Positions 9,597 to 18,753 of a stretch of DNA of 32,000 nt are shown here, piece after piece. Where the stretch lies: positions 720,001 to 752,000 of the forward strand of contig NZ_CP026606.1 in NCBI RefSeq assembly GCF_002945325.1, read 5' to 3'. A program made the position numbers and the translations under genes. The notes beneath the pieces are model-generated. The model was not told the DNA's origin. It worked only from the letters and a program-made list of their open reading frames with translations, and did no database searches. Within the stretch, counting starts at the first letter, position 1; each line of letters opens with the position of its first letter. This DNA is from Methanococcus maripaludis. GTDB lineage: Archaea; AGJL01; Methanococci; Methanococcales; Methanococcaceae.

Positions 9597-10388
9597 ATGA
9601 ATATAGAAGAAATTAAGATTATTGGTGGATTTAACAAGTTTGGAGAATCCGAAAAAGTAACAGAACTAGTTGTAAAACGGGGAGAAATCTTTGGAGTAGT
9701 TGGACCAACAGGAAGCGGTAAATCAAATTTAATAAGCGATATTGAACAGCTCGCTCAGGGAGATACCCCATCAAATCGAAAAATACTCGTAAACGGAAAG
9801 GTTCCAGATGTTGAAATGAGAAGGGATCCAAGAAAAAGAAGAATTGCCCAGCTTTCACAAAATATGAATTTTTTAGCAGATATGACTGTTGAAGAATTTT
9901 TAATTATGCATGCAAAAAGCAGAGGCATGAATTCTGAAGGAATTGTTGATAGAGTAATCGAATTAGCAAACAAACTTACCGGAGAGCCGATTGAAAAAGA
10001 CTACAACTTAACAATACTCAGTGGCGGACAGTCAAGAAGCCTGATGGTTGCAGATGTTGCAGTTATCAGTGACTCACCGATTGTTTTAATTGATGAAATT
10101 GAAAATGCAGGGATTAAAAAGCACGAAGCACTTGAACTCCTTGCCGGATGCGGAAAAATTGTCATGGTAATTACGCATGATCCGGTTCTCGCCTTAATGA
10201 CTACCCGAAGAGTTGTTATGCGAAACGGTGGAATGACTGAAATCATCGAAACCACGGAAGAAGAAAAAGAAGTATCACAAAGATTGAGCGAAATTGATAG
10301 CTGGATGCTCTCTATGAGAGAAAAGGTAAGACATGGCGAAAAATTAAATTTAAAAGACATAGAAACACCAGCAGTTTCAGGTAATTAA
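9597..10388 (+). CDS. Stand-alone ABC-type ATPase with no permease or binding-protein partner in the operon
   Basis: Walker [10 protein letters not shown]-loop QLSQ, signature LSGGQSRSL, Walker [11 protein letters not shown] and H-loop ITHD are all present. AGGGTG Shine-Dalgarno lies upstream. It starts 18 nt after the comA stop. Confidence 0.85.
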   Translation: MNIEEIKIIGGFNKFGESEKVTELVVKRGEIFGVVGPTGSGKSNLISDIEQLAQGDTPSNRKILVNGKVPDVEMRRDPRKRRIAQLSQNMNFLADMTVEEFLIMHAKSRGMNSEGIVDRVIELANKLTGEPIEKDYNLTILSGGQSRSLMVADVAVISDSPIVLIDEIENAGIKKHEALELLAGCGKIVMVITHDPVLALMTTRRVVMRNGGMTEIIETTEEEKEVSQRLSEIDSWMLSMREKVRHGEKLNLKDIETPAVSGN

Positions 10389-10413
10389 TTGAATTGGACG
10401 TGAAATATTGAAA

Positions 10414-11112
10414 ATGATAATTGTTGCAGGAACCCCCGGTGCAGGAAAAACTTCTGTTATGACTCACACAATAAAACAGCTTTTAAACAAAGGAAATAAG
10501 CCAGCGGTTGTTAAAATCGACTGTTTATATACTGATGATGATGCAAGATATGGAAAACTTAAAATTCCCACACTTGTTGGATTAAGTAAAGATATGTGTC
10601 CTGACCACTTTGCAATTTATAATTTAGAAGAAATGGCAGAATGGGCTGAAAAAGAAGGTGTTGATACATTAATTATTGAAACTGCTGGGTTATGCCACAG
10701 GTGTGCACCGTACACAAAAAACAGTCTTGGAATCTGCGTAATCGATGCAACATCTGGCCCAAATACTCCCAGAAAAGTTGGACCTTTTTTAACGAGTGCC
10801 GATGTTGTTGCAATAACTAAAGGAGATATTATATCTCAGGCTGAAAGGGAAGTATTTAGAGAACGAGTTCTTGAAATGAATCCAAAATGTACTATATACG
10901 ATGTAAATGGGCTCAGTGGACAGGGCTGTGCAGAAATTTCTGAAGAAATAATGGAAGCAAAAGATATTGTAGACCTTGAAAATGAAGAATTAAGGCATAA
11001 CGCTCCACTTTGTGTTTGTACTTTGTGTGTTGGAGAAACAAAAGTTGCTAAAAAACACCATAGGGGCGTTTTAAGAAGAATCGATGGATTTACCAAATAT
11101 ATTGGTGAATAA
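10414..11112 (+). CDS. Divergent G3E-family (HypB/UreG/CobW-like) P-loop GTPase with Cys/His metal-binding motifs
   Basis: Walker [22 protein letters not shown] resembles HypB IEGDxxTxxDAxR. MCPDH resembles the UreG CPH / HypB CH metal site. [13 protein letters not shown] resembles HypB IENVGNLxCPA. ITKGD is the NKxD-like box. The C-terminus carries a CVCTLC...HH cluster. Start taken at ATG 10414; the ORF track used TTG 10408. Confidence 0.75.
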   Translation: MIIVAGTPGAGKTSVMTHTIKQLLNKGNKPAVVKIDCLYTDDDARYGKLKIPTLVGLSKDMCPDHFAIYNLEEMAEWAEKEGVDTLIIETAGLCHRCAPYTKNSLGICVIDATSGPNTPRKVGPFLTSADVVAITKGDIISQAEREVFRERVLEMNPKCTIYDVNGLSGQGCAEISEEIMEAKDIVDLENEELRHNAPLCVCTLCVGETKVAKKHHRGVLRRIDGFTKYIGE

Positions 11113-11113
11113 C

Positions 11114-11773
11114 ATGGAAAACATTAAAGAAATTACCAAACTGCTTCCAGGATACAACTGCAAAGCTTGCGGGTTCAAAAGGTGTGATCTCTTCGCAGAA
11201 AAAATTCTTAAAGGAGAAAATCCTGAAAACTGCCCTTTGTTATTTAAAGAAGAATTTAAAGGAAATATTGAAAAAATAAAAGAAATTGCATCAACTTTAG
11301 GATCTCTTGAAATTAAAAAAACATGTGAATCCAAAACTGGACTTGTTGGACTTTTAGATGGATACGATGCTGACTTTTTACTCGACCCCCTTCCAGAAGA
11401 GCATTCTTGTAGGGAAACTTTAATAATCCTTTCAAAAAATCCAATAAAAAAAGGAGATCATATCAAATACCGACCTCTTGGATGCCCAATTCCACATTTT
11501 GCTGAAATAATCGATGACGCTCACGGAATGTATGTGGTACATCTTGAAGGCCCTTGTAACAGGTTTAATACAGAAAAAATAGAGTATATCGAAGTTGGAA
11601 TTGCACTCATTGCTGCATTTGAAGGAGTTTATAATGGTAAAACTCCAGAAGTTGGAAAAACTGTTAAATTTATCCCAACTCACTGTATGATGCAGAAAGT
11701 CCATAGCGGCGTTGTTGTTGAGGTTGAAGGAAATAGGGTTTTAATCGAAGGAATTGATTTAAAAGTATGGTAA
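11114..11773 (+). CDS. RnfB/CFeSP-type 4Fe-4S-domain protein with an uncharacterised C-terminal domain
   Basis: The N-terminus LPGYNCKACGFKRCDLFAEKILKGENPENCP gives the C-x2-C-x4-C-x16-C pattern of the 4Fe-4S domain found in RnfB and the corrinoid Fe-S protein. ATG 11114 follows the upstream stop (11110..11112) by 1 nt. The ORF-track start at 11084 would overlap the upstream gene. Confidence 0.7.
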   Translation: MENIKEITKLLPGYNCKACGFKRCDLFAEKILKGENPENCPLLFKEEFKGNIEKIKEIASTLGSLEIKKTCESKTGLVGLLDGYDADFLLDPLPEEHSCRETLIILSKNPIKKGDHIKYRPLGCPIPHFAEIIDDAHGMYVVHLEGPCNRFNTEKIEYIEVGIALIAAFEGVYNGKTPEVGKTVKFIPTHCMMQKVHSGVVVEVEGNRVLIEGIDLKVW

Positions 11774-11782
11774 TAGTATACA

Positions 11783-12997
11783 TTAAAAGCCATATTTTTC
11801 ATTTATTTTATTATTTGCATTTCTTAAAACATCTCTTAACGGAATATTTAGTTTTTTTGCAATTTTTTTCAGATCTTCAAATTCAGGTTTTATATTTACG
11901 ATTTCTCCATTTAAATTAGATATTTTCACATCAAATTCAAAATTAATGCCATTTATATCAAGATTTAATTTTTCCATTCTTCTTTTAGCCCTTATTTTAT
12001 CGTAATGATTAATTCTAACTCCCAAAGTTCCTGTTTCTTCAATTAAAATTTTTGCAAATTTTTCATGAACGTGATAAGGACATATTACAGAAATCATGCT
12101 TGATGGCCGATTTTTTTTACCAAATACAGGAGTTATAAATACATCAGGAGCTCCTTCGTTTAAAAGCCTTTCAACAGCGTATGCCAGGACTTCTGAAGAA
12201 ATATCGTCGATATTAGTTTCTAAAATTACTGTTTTTTCAATTATTTTTTCATCCGTTTTTCCTTCAACAAGCCTTAAAACATTTGGAACATTTTCCATTC
12301 TTTTGGTTCCTGCACCATATCCTGTTTTTAAAAGAACTATTTCAGGATATGAATCCGTAAATTCATCTGTAACGTTTGAAAGTATTGCAGCTCCAGTGGG
12401 GGTCAATAATTCAAAATCGGAATCTACTTTTGAACATTTTATTTCGTGTTTACATAAAATTTCAAGCGTTGCAGGTGCTGGGCTTGGAATAATCCCGTGA
12501 TCCATAGATATTCTTCCATTTCCAAGTGCAGGCGGTGTTGAATAAATTTTTCCATCTAAAAATCCATTTTTTTCTAAAATTAATATCGGTAAGACTATGT
12601 CAAAAACTGAATCTAATGAAGATATCTCGTGTAAATGAAAATGATCCCCGTGAAGCTTTTGTTCAGCTTCAATTAAATCTTTTATAATATTTTCACAGAT
12701 TTTAACTCCTTTTTCCGACATTAGATTTTTAGAAGTATTTATGATAATTTCTTTTAATTCGTCGGGATTTTTTATTCGTTCTTCGTCGATTTCAATTTTT
12801 AACTGCTTTGCAGAAATTCCATTTACTTTTTCATCCATTAATACTGCATTAAATGAGTTGCAACTGTTTAATTTTTCTAATTCTGCGATTACGTCGTCCA
12901 TTAAATCGTAAGAATTTGTAAGTGCAAGCAAAGATGAAACAAACATATCTCCAGACATCCCTGCAATTTTTGGGTCGATTACTAAAACTTTTGTCAT
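11783..12997 (-). CDS. larC: LarC-family nickel insertion protein (DUF111; nickel-pincer cofactor Ni chelatase family)
   Basis: 404-aa ORF. The N-terminus DPxxAGMSGDMFVSSLLAL, the HLHEISSLDSVFDIV motif and overall length match the DUF111/LarC family. Confidence 0.8.
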   Translation of the reverse strand: MTKVLVIDPKIAGMSGDMFVSSLLALTNSYDLMDDVIAELEKLNSCNSFNAVLMDEKVNGISAKQLKIEIDEERIKNPDELKEIIINTSKNLMSEKGVKICENIIKDLIEAEQKLHGDHFHLHEISSLDSVFDIVLPILILEKNGFLDGKIYSTPPALGNGRISMDHGIIPSPAPATLEILCKHEIKCSKVDSDFELLTPTGAAILSNVTDEFTDSYPEIVLLKTGYGAGTKRMENVPNVLRLVEGKTDEKIIEKTVILETNIDDISSEVLAYAVERLLNEGAPDVFITPVFGKKNRPSSMISVICPYHVHEKFAKILIEETGTLGVRINHYDKIRAKRRMEKLNLDINGINFEFDVKISNLNGEIVNIKPEFEDLKKIAKKLNIPLRDVLRNANNKINEKYGF

Positions 12998-13253
12998 TGT
13001 ATCACAAGATATTGGTGTTAAACTAACCTATGTTTATGTTAAAATTTAAATATTTTTAAAAAAACTGAGTTTTCAAAACAAAAAAATTAAATTCTATTCC
13101 ATCTAAACTTGGATGCAACAATTAAAAAATAGCTTTGAAATTACTGATAATTATTTTGAAATTTTAAGTTTTGATACTTTGATAAGTTATATATATTTGT
13201 AAAATATATCGAAGAGGACATTCCAAGAAATTCCAAAATATAATTGTGATAAT

Positions 13254-14042
13254 ATGTACATATTTAAGATTGCATACGATGGAAAATTAAGCTTTCAAAC
13301 ACAGCCTCACGGAGAAACAGTCTGTGACAGAATTTCAGATGCACTTTTAGACTGTGGATATTTAGATAACAAGGATAGAGTTCCATTGTATCATGGTGGA
13401 AGAACTGATCGAGGAGTATCTGCACTTGGAAATTACGTAGTGTATGAAATGGACAAAAAACCGGTGCTTCCAAGAGTTCAGTCTAAACTTAAATGGGACG
13501 GAATATGGGTTTTGGGATGTAAAGAGATTGAAATTTTTCCGGAAATTGAATACAGACACTACCAGTATACTTTACCAAATAAAAATCATGATGTCGAACT
13601 AATGAAAAAGGCATCTGAAAAACTAATCGGAACACATTACTTCCAGAATTTATCAAAAAGGGATAAAACAAAAGTAAAAGATCCAGTCAGGACGCTTTAC
13701 GACATTAAAATATCTTCAAATGATTATTTCATCACAATTGATATATTTGGAGAGAGTTTTCTCTGGAATATGGTTAGAAGAATTATAAGGCTCCTTTCAG
13801 ATGTTGGAAAACATAAATTTGAGAATCCTGAAAAATTTATCGAACTAATTTTATCAGAAGACTACAAAAAAGGCTATCCTCCATCCCCTGCCGAAGGTTT
13901 AATACTTGTTGACGTCAAAACTAATATTGACATTGATTTGGATAGTTATGTCATTAGAAACTTAAAAAATAGCTGGGAAAAATCCCTGAATAACAGTTTG
14001 ATGAGACTTGGACTCTGTAAAACCGTTTTATCGAAAACCTGA
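13254..14042 (+). CDS. truA: tRNA pseudouridine(38-40) synthase
   Basis: 262-aa ORF. FKIAYDGxxFxxxQ and the catalytic GRTDRGVSALGN motif are TruA hallmarks. Confidence 0.88.
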   Translation: MYIFKIAYDGKLSFQTQPHGETVCDRISDALLDCGYLDNKDRVPLYHGGRTDRGVSALGNYVVYEMDKKPVLPRVQSKLKWDGIWVLGCKEIEIFPEIEYRHYQYTLPNKNHDVELMKKASEKLIGTHYFQNLSKRDKTKVKDPVRTLYDIKISSNDYFITIDIFGESFLWNMVRRIIRLLSDVGKHKFENPEKFIELILSEDYKKGYPPSPAEGLILVDVKTNIDIDLDSYVIRNLKNSWEKSLNNSLMRLGLCKTVLSKT

Positions 14043-14055
14043 AAAGAGTGATATT

Positions 14056-14772
14056 GTGAAGTACATCTCCTCAATAAGTGTCGACATATCTTCAAACGAT
14101 GTCGAAACTAGCGAAGTTGTTAATGAAAAATTAGAACGAGAACTCCAGTTAGAAATGTCAAAAATTGGAGTAAAATCCACAATTACAAACGTTACTGGAG
14201 ACGATATTGTAATTTCATCATTTGTTTCTGAAGATAAAATTGAAGAAGTTAACAACATCGTGTTTAAATTACTTTACAAACACGCTGAAGGTTTTGAAGA
14301 TTTAAATGGGGTTTCTAATGATCCAGAAACTGCTGGAGAAGGTGTTTCATATGCACTTTCTAAAACACCTTCGGAATATGGAGATTCGATTATTATTGGA
14401 TTTGATACATATTGCGGGGAATCTTTTGTAAATGAAGCAGCATTATTTGTTGAAGAAATTGGAAAAAAATTTGGATATGATTCTTCGTCAAGCGTTTCAG
14501 ACACACCTACAAAAATTCCAGGAATTGGATATTCTGGAGTATCTACGGATGACCCTGTCGTGGTAATCACTCTTGAAAATGTGAAAGACTTGAAAAAAAT
14601 TACAGGTATGATTTATGGGGGCCTTTTGGGATTTGAAAACGTTTACTTTGTTAAAAGGGGATCTCCAACAAATATACTACCGCCTGGAGTAATTTATACA
14701 ATGACTGCCTTTTTAAACGGAAATGCTATCGATCTCTATGATGGAATAAAAAGAAAAAATAACCTGCTATAA
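14056..14772 (+). CDS. Conserved-looking hypothetical protein, function unknown
   Basis: Long uninterrupted ORF with codon usage like its neighbours. The ORF-track start at 14008 overlaps the truA 3' end by 35 nt. The in-frame GTG at 14056 lies just after the truA stop and is my preferred start (uncertain). I recognise no family motif. Confidence 0.5.
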   Translation: MKYISSISVDISSNDVETSEVVNEKLERELQLEMSKIGVKSTITNVTGDDIVISSFVSEDKIEEVNNIVFKLLYKHAEGFEDLNGVSNDPETAGEGVSYALSKTPSEYGDSIIIGFDTYCGESFVNEAALFVEEIGKKFGYDSSSSVSDTPTKIPGIGYSGVSTDDPVVVITLENVKDLKKITGMIYGGLLGFENVYFVKRGSPTNILPPGVIYTMTAFLNGNAIDLYDGIKRKNNLL

Positions 14773-14791
14773 ATGAAAAAAAGTTGAAAAT

Positions 14792-15433
14792 ATGGACGTA
14801 CAATTTATAATACTGGCATTTACATCATTATTTTCCATATTAAACCCATTTGGAGTAATTCCAACTTACTTAGTCCTTACTAGCCAGTACTCCAAAGTTG
14901 AGAAAATAAAAATCATACGTAAATCTATGCTTGCCGCATTTGCACTTCTAATGATGTTTGCACTTCTTGGAAATCAGATCATCGGGTTTTTTGGAATTTC
15001 AATTCCTGCAATCAAGATTACAGGTGGAGTTTTACTATTCTTAATTGCACTTGATATGATTCAGGGCAACACCTCCAAGGTAGAAAAAAGCCCTAAACTT
15101 GAATCCCATTTAAAAAGTCACAGCGAAGAAATTGAAGATATGGATGAAATTGCAATAGTACCGTTAACTGTTCCATTACTAACTGGTCCTGGTTCAATCA
15201 GCGCAGTTATTGCTATGATGGCGCAGACTAGTGATTTTGACGGAAAACTTTCCGTGATAATTGCAATATCACTTTGTATAATTATATCATACTTCGTACT
15301 GAAATTTTCAAAAGATTTAGAAAAAATGCTCGGTAAAATCGGATTTAAAGTACTTACAAAGATGATGGGTCTTGTACTTACTGCAATATCTATCCAGATG
15401 GCCCTTGATGGAATATTAATGGTCTTTGGATAA
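14792..15433 (+). CDS. MarC-family (UPF0056) integral membrane protein
   Basis: 213-aa ORF, multi-TM. The N-terminal FxxLFSIxNPxGxIP motif is characteristic of the MarC family. Confidence 0.8.
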   Translation: MDVQFIILAFTSLFSILNPFGVIPTYLVLTSQYSKVEKIKIIRKSMLAAFALLMMFALLGNQIIGFFGISIPAIKITGGVLLFLIALDMIQGNTSKVEKSPKLESHLKSHSEEIEDMDEIAIVPLTVPLLTGPGSISAVIAMMAQTSDFDGKLSVIIAISLCIIISYFVLKFSKDLEKMLGKIGFKVLTKMMGLVLTAISIQMALDGILMVFG

Positions 15434-15472
15434 TTTAATTATTTTTAAAACTTTTTTTATTCTTTTTTTATG

Positions 15473-15916
15473 TTATTTAATCAGAATTCTCATGCCCAAC
15501 AGCAGTAATGAAATCCCAAATAGTTTAAGAAGCGTTATGGGTGATTTTTGGATTCCAAATATTCCAAAATGATCAATCAACGCACCACTTATCAATTGAA
15601 CACCAACAAAGATTGAAAATGCGGAAAGTGCTCCAAGCTCAGGTACTACAATTAATGAAAGCAGTACAATAACTACGCCCATAATTCCTCCTAAAAGATA
15701 AACTGGATTTATGGCAGGTACTTTTGAAAGCTGTTTAATTGATGACGGATCACTAATTAAAATTATTAAACCAATTAAAACGAGTCCGATTATGAAATTT
15801 ACAAATACTGCATTTTTAGAACCGATATGGTCCCCTAGTTTTGAATTTATTATCGGCTGAAGTGATGCTACAAATCCAACAACAATTGCAAAAATTAACG
15901 CCCACGTCTTATCCAT
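15473..15916 (-). CDS. Small DMT-superfamily membrane protein (DUF606/YdcZ-like)
   Basis: 147-aa ORF with four or more hydrophobic helices. The N-terminus ALIFAIVVGxxxSLQxxINSKLG resembles the DUF606 family. Confidence 0.6.
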   Translation of the reverse strand: MDKTWALIFAIVVGFVASLQPIINSKLGDHIGSKNAVFVNFIIGLVLIGLIILISDPSSIKQLSKVPAINPVYLLGGIMGVVIVLLSLIVVPELGALSAFSIFVGVQLISGALIDHFGIFGIQKSPITLLKLFGISLLLLGMRILIK

Positions 15917-15950
15917 AATTTTCCCTTAAAAATATAAAAATAAAATCTAA

Positions 15951-17006
15951 TTATTCTTTTTTGTAGTATACTGTCTGAGTAGGGAATGCAAATTCAATAT
16001 TTTCTTTTTCAAATTCTTCTTTTATTTTGATATTTATTTCATCCTTAGTATTTAAGAAGAAATCAAACCCGAAATCCCTTACAAAGTATTCAACTCTTAA
16101 ATCAAGTGAAAAACTGCCAAATTCAACAAATGATACCCTTATTGGATCTACAACACCATGATGATCATTTAAAACGTTTTCTATTATTTCTTTTGCACGT
16201 TTTACTTTTTCAACTGGCGTGTCGTAAGTTAAACCAATTGTTGCTTTTACCTGCCTTTTTCTTCGCTCTGAAAAGTTTTCAATTTCAGTTTGAACAATGT
16301 TTGCGTTTGGAACTGTAATTAATGTGTCCCCAAATGAACGAACACGGGTACTCCTAATTCCTACTTCTTCCACAATTCCCTCTTTTCCGCCCCATTTTAT
16401 CCAGTCGCCCAATTTAAAAGGTCGATCAACAATTATGATAAATCCTGCAATTAAATTTTCAATCGTGTCCTTTGCAGCAAGCGCAACTGCCAAACCGCCG
16501 ATACCAAGTCCTGCAAGAAGTGCTGAAATGTTGTAGCCCACATTTGATAAAATAAGCAGGAGCCCTGCAATTAAAATCAAAAATTTGACCAGTTTTCTCA
16601 TTAATGGAACAAGTTGGTCGTCGAGCGTATTTTCTGACTTTTCTACGATTGGGACAACATAATTTACAATTATATCATCCACAATTTTAAGTAAAAATAA
16701 AACTCCTGCAAAGGTTATTGCCACAGTTAAAGATTCATTGAGCCACAAAGCTAAATTACCAGATAAAACTAAATTATTTAATCCATACTTGAAAAATAAA
16801 ACGAAAACCACAATTATTAATGGGATTTCTACTGCATCAAGTATTACATCATCTAATTTAGTTTTTGTTTTTCCTGCAAGAACTCTTACGTACTTATTTA
16901 AAAATATGTACATTACTTTTCCAAAGAATACCCCGAAAAATATGAATATTAAAAATATCATGTATGAATACAGGGTATTTCCAAAATATAATTGATCTAA
17001 CGCCAT
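15951..17006 (-). CDS. MscS-family small-conductance mechanosensitive channel
   Basis: 351-aa ORF with N-terminal TM helices followed by the conserved MscS core: NLIAGFIIIVDRPFKLGDWIKxxxxEGxVEEVGIRSTRVRSFGDTLITVPN. Confidence 0.88.
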   Translation of the reverse strand: MALDQLYFGNTLYSYMIFLIFIFFGVFFGKVMYIFLNKYVRVLAGKTKTKLDDVILDAVEIPLIIVVFVLFFKYGLNNLVLSGNLALWLNESLTVAITFAGVLFLLKIVDDIIVNYVVPIVEKSENTLDDQLVPLMRKLVKFLILIAGLLLILSNVGYNISALLAGLGIGGLAVALAAKDTIENLIAGFIIIVDRPFKLGDWIKWGGKEGIVEEVGIRSTRVRSFGDTLITVPNANIVQTEIENFSERRKRQVKATIGLTYDTPVEKVKRAKEIIENVLNDHHGVVDPIRVSFVEFGSFSLDLRVEYFVRDFGFDFFLNTKDEINIKIKEEFEKENIEFAFPTQTVYYKKE

Positions 17007-17023
17007 AATTTCACTATTTATCC

Positions 17024-17953
17024 TTATTTATTCATTTTTTCGCGGATAGGTCTTAAAATTTCAATTAATTGTTCTGAAACGAGGTTTTTAACATCCATTG
17101 GGTGAAGTCCTTCAACAAACGCATTTTCTAAAGCTTCGTAAGATTCTAAAATTAAATCTCCACCAAATTTTTCTGGCCTTTTTACAGTTACAGGGTATTC
17201 TAAATAGTATTTAGCAATTTCTAAAACGGGGTTTCCTGAAACTTCTTTCATCGGACAGAATGCATTTTTCATTTTTTTCTTGATTGTAGCTTCATCGTCA
17301 TCTACTGCAATGAAGTTTCCTTTTGATGAAGACATCTTACCTTCGCCATCAAGCCCCGTTAAAACAGGATTGTGTATGCATACTGGTGCTTTGTATCCCA
17401 TGCTTGGCAAAATTTCCCTTGAAAGCATGTGTATTTTCCTCTGCTCCATTCCACCAACTGCAACATCAGCATTTAAGTGTTTTATGTCGTTCACTTGCAT
17501 TAGTGGATATACCACACTTGCGACTTTCGGGTTTTCGTCTTCCCTGGCAATTACTTCCATACTTCTTCTTGCCCTGTTTAATGTAGTTGAAAGTGCAAGT
17601 TTGTAAACATCTATTGTATATTCGTCTTTTAACTGGAACCCACTTCCGTAAACGTAATCTGCAACAAGCCCCATTGCTTCGAATACTTTTCTGTTTTCTT
17701 CACCGAGAGCCCTTACTTCATCCATTGTTCCTTTTTGATTTAAGTAAGCGTGTAAATCCGCTAGTAAAATTACTATTTTAAATCCTGCCTTTTGAAGATC
17801 GATCATCTTTCTTATCTGCAAGTAATGGCCCATGTGAATTCTTCCACTGGGTTCAAATCCAATATATGCAATTTTTTCTTCTTTTTTTAAGAGTTCAGTT
17901 AATTCTTCGATGGATACTATTTCTGAAGTGTTTTTTAATATAGATTCTAACAT
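17024..17953 (-). CDS. tyrS: Tyrosine--tRNA ligase
   Basis: Class I motifs HMGH (HIGH) and KMSSSKG (KMSKS). It reads as near-collinear with the M. jannaschii TyrRS sequence as I recall it (GFEPSGxIHxGHYLQIxKMIDLQ...[14 protein letters not shown]). Start set at ATG 17953 (MLESILKN...), not the TTG at 17983. Confidence 0.93.
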   Translation of the reverse strand: MLESILKNTSEIVSIEELTELLKKEEKIAYIGFEPSGRIHMGHYLQIRKMIDLQKAGFKIVILLADLHAYLNQKGTMDEVRALGEENRKVFEAMGLVADYVYGSGFQLKDEYTIDVYKLALSTTLNRARRSMEVIAREDENPKVASVVYPLMQVNDIKHLNADVAVGGMEQRKIHMLSREILPSMGYKAPVCIHNPVLTGLDGEGKMSSSKGNFIAVDDDEATIKKKMKNAFCPMKEVSGNPVLEIAKYYLEYPVTVKRPEKFGGDLILESYEALENAFVEGLHPMDVKNLVSEQLIEILRPIREKMNK

Positions 17954-18185
17954 GTTTTCGCCTGATTTTACAAATATTAACAATAAAAACGTTTATTCGT
18001 AATTTGGGTTATTATAATAATTCTTTTACAAAAGTAATTGTGTTTATACTAATGTCTAAACTTACCGATTTATACTTTTCTAATTTTTTGATAAAATTGA
18101 ATAAAAATCTGATTTTAACAAACAAACAAAAAAGTCCAAACATTCAAGTTTTATCGCTAAAAAAAGTAATTTTAGAATAATTAAT

Positions 18186-18383
18186 CTACTTTTTTGATTT
18201 CTTTTCCTTTTCTTCTCGTTTTTTTATGTTATTATATACCATACTTTCCAAATCCCTGTACTTTTCATGGGTTTTGAAAAGTCTTTCTAAATTAAAGCTT
18301 TTTTTTATCCTATTTCGCATGTTTTTCTTAAATTTCCAGTGGTCGAGCATTTCAGTTACGCTCGAATATGAAACATGTACCAT
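18186..18383 (-). CDS. Small (65 aa) highly basic hypothetical protein
   Basis: ATG 18383 is preceded by GGAGGGG at 18397..18391, a 7-nt spacer. The ORF MVHVSYSSVTEMLDHWKFKKNMRNRIKKSFNLERLFKTHEKYRDLESMVYNNIKKREEKEKKSKK ends in a Lys/Glu-rich tail. The ORF-track version starts at TTG 18419. No family recognised. Confidence 0.45.
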   Translation of the reverse strand: MVHVSYSSVTEMLDHWKFKKNMRNRIKKSFNLERLFKTHEKYRDLESMVYNNIKKREEKEKKSKK

Positions 18384-18624
18384 TACTACCCCTCCGTTTA
18401 TAGATATAATTCTCTTCAAAACCAGTTAAATAAATTTTTAGAGTTTTACTGACGCTAAATTTATAAATTGATTTTCAGCCGTGAAACGATTTAAGGCTTA
18501 AAAATAGATATTATTGATTATAATTTACAATTATACGTTTAATTAAAAAAATGACTCCATTAATCTGATAAATTTTAAATATATCAGAAATAAAATATAT
18601 ATTGTACAAAAAGGGGTGATAAAT

Positions 18625-18720
18625 ATGCCAGACACTAAAAAACAGCAAGAACAAAAGAAACTACAACAGCAACAAAAACAGGCTCAGCAACAACAGCAAC
18701 AAAAACAGCAGAATAAATAA
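18625..18720 (+). CDS. 31-aa Gln/Lys-rich micro-protein (candidate, below the ORF-track cutoff)
   Basis: Own translation: MPDTKKQQEQKKLQQQQKQAQQQQQQKQQNK. A strong Shine-Dalgarno GGGGTGAT (18613..18620) lies 4 nt before ATG 18625. TATA-like TTTAAATATA sits at 18574..18583. Oligo-T tracts follow immediately after the stop. Confidence 0.45.
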   Translation: MPDTKKQQEQKKLQQQQKQAQQQQQQKQQNK

Positions 18721-18721
18721 A

Positions 18722-18753
18722 TTTTTTAATAATCGCCTTACTTTCTCTTTTTT
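18722..18753 (+). terminator. Putative archaeal oligo-T terminator pair after the micro-ORF
   Basis: T6 at 18722..18727 and T6 at 18748..18753, directly downstream of the TAA at 18718..18720. Oligo-T tracts are the known archaeal intrinsic termination signal. Confidence 0.35.

Noticed and set aside
15473-17953. tyrS - mscS - DUF606 transporter tightly co-directional on the minus strand (17- and 34-nt gaps), considered as a functional system
   Set aside because: There is no mechanistic link I can support. Compact archaeal genomes often place unrelated genes in the same transcription unit.
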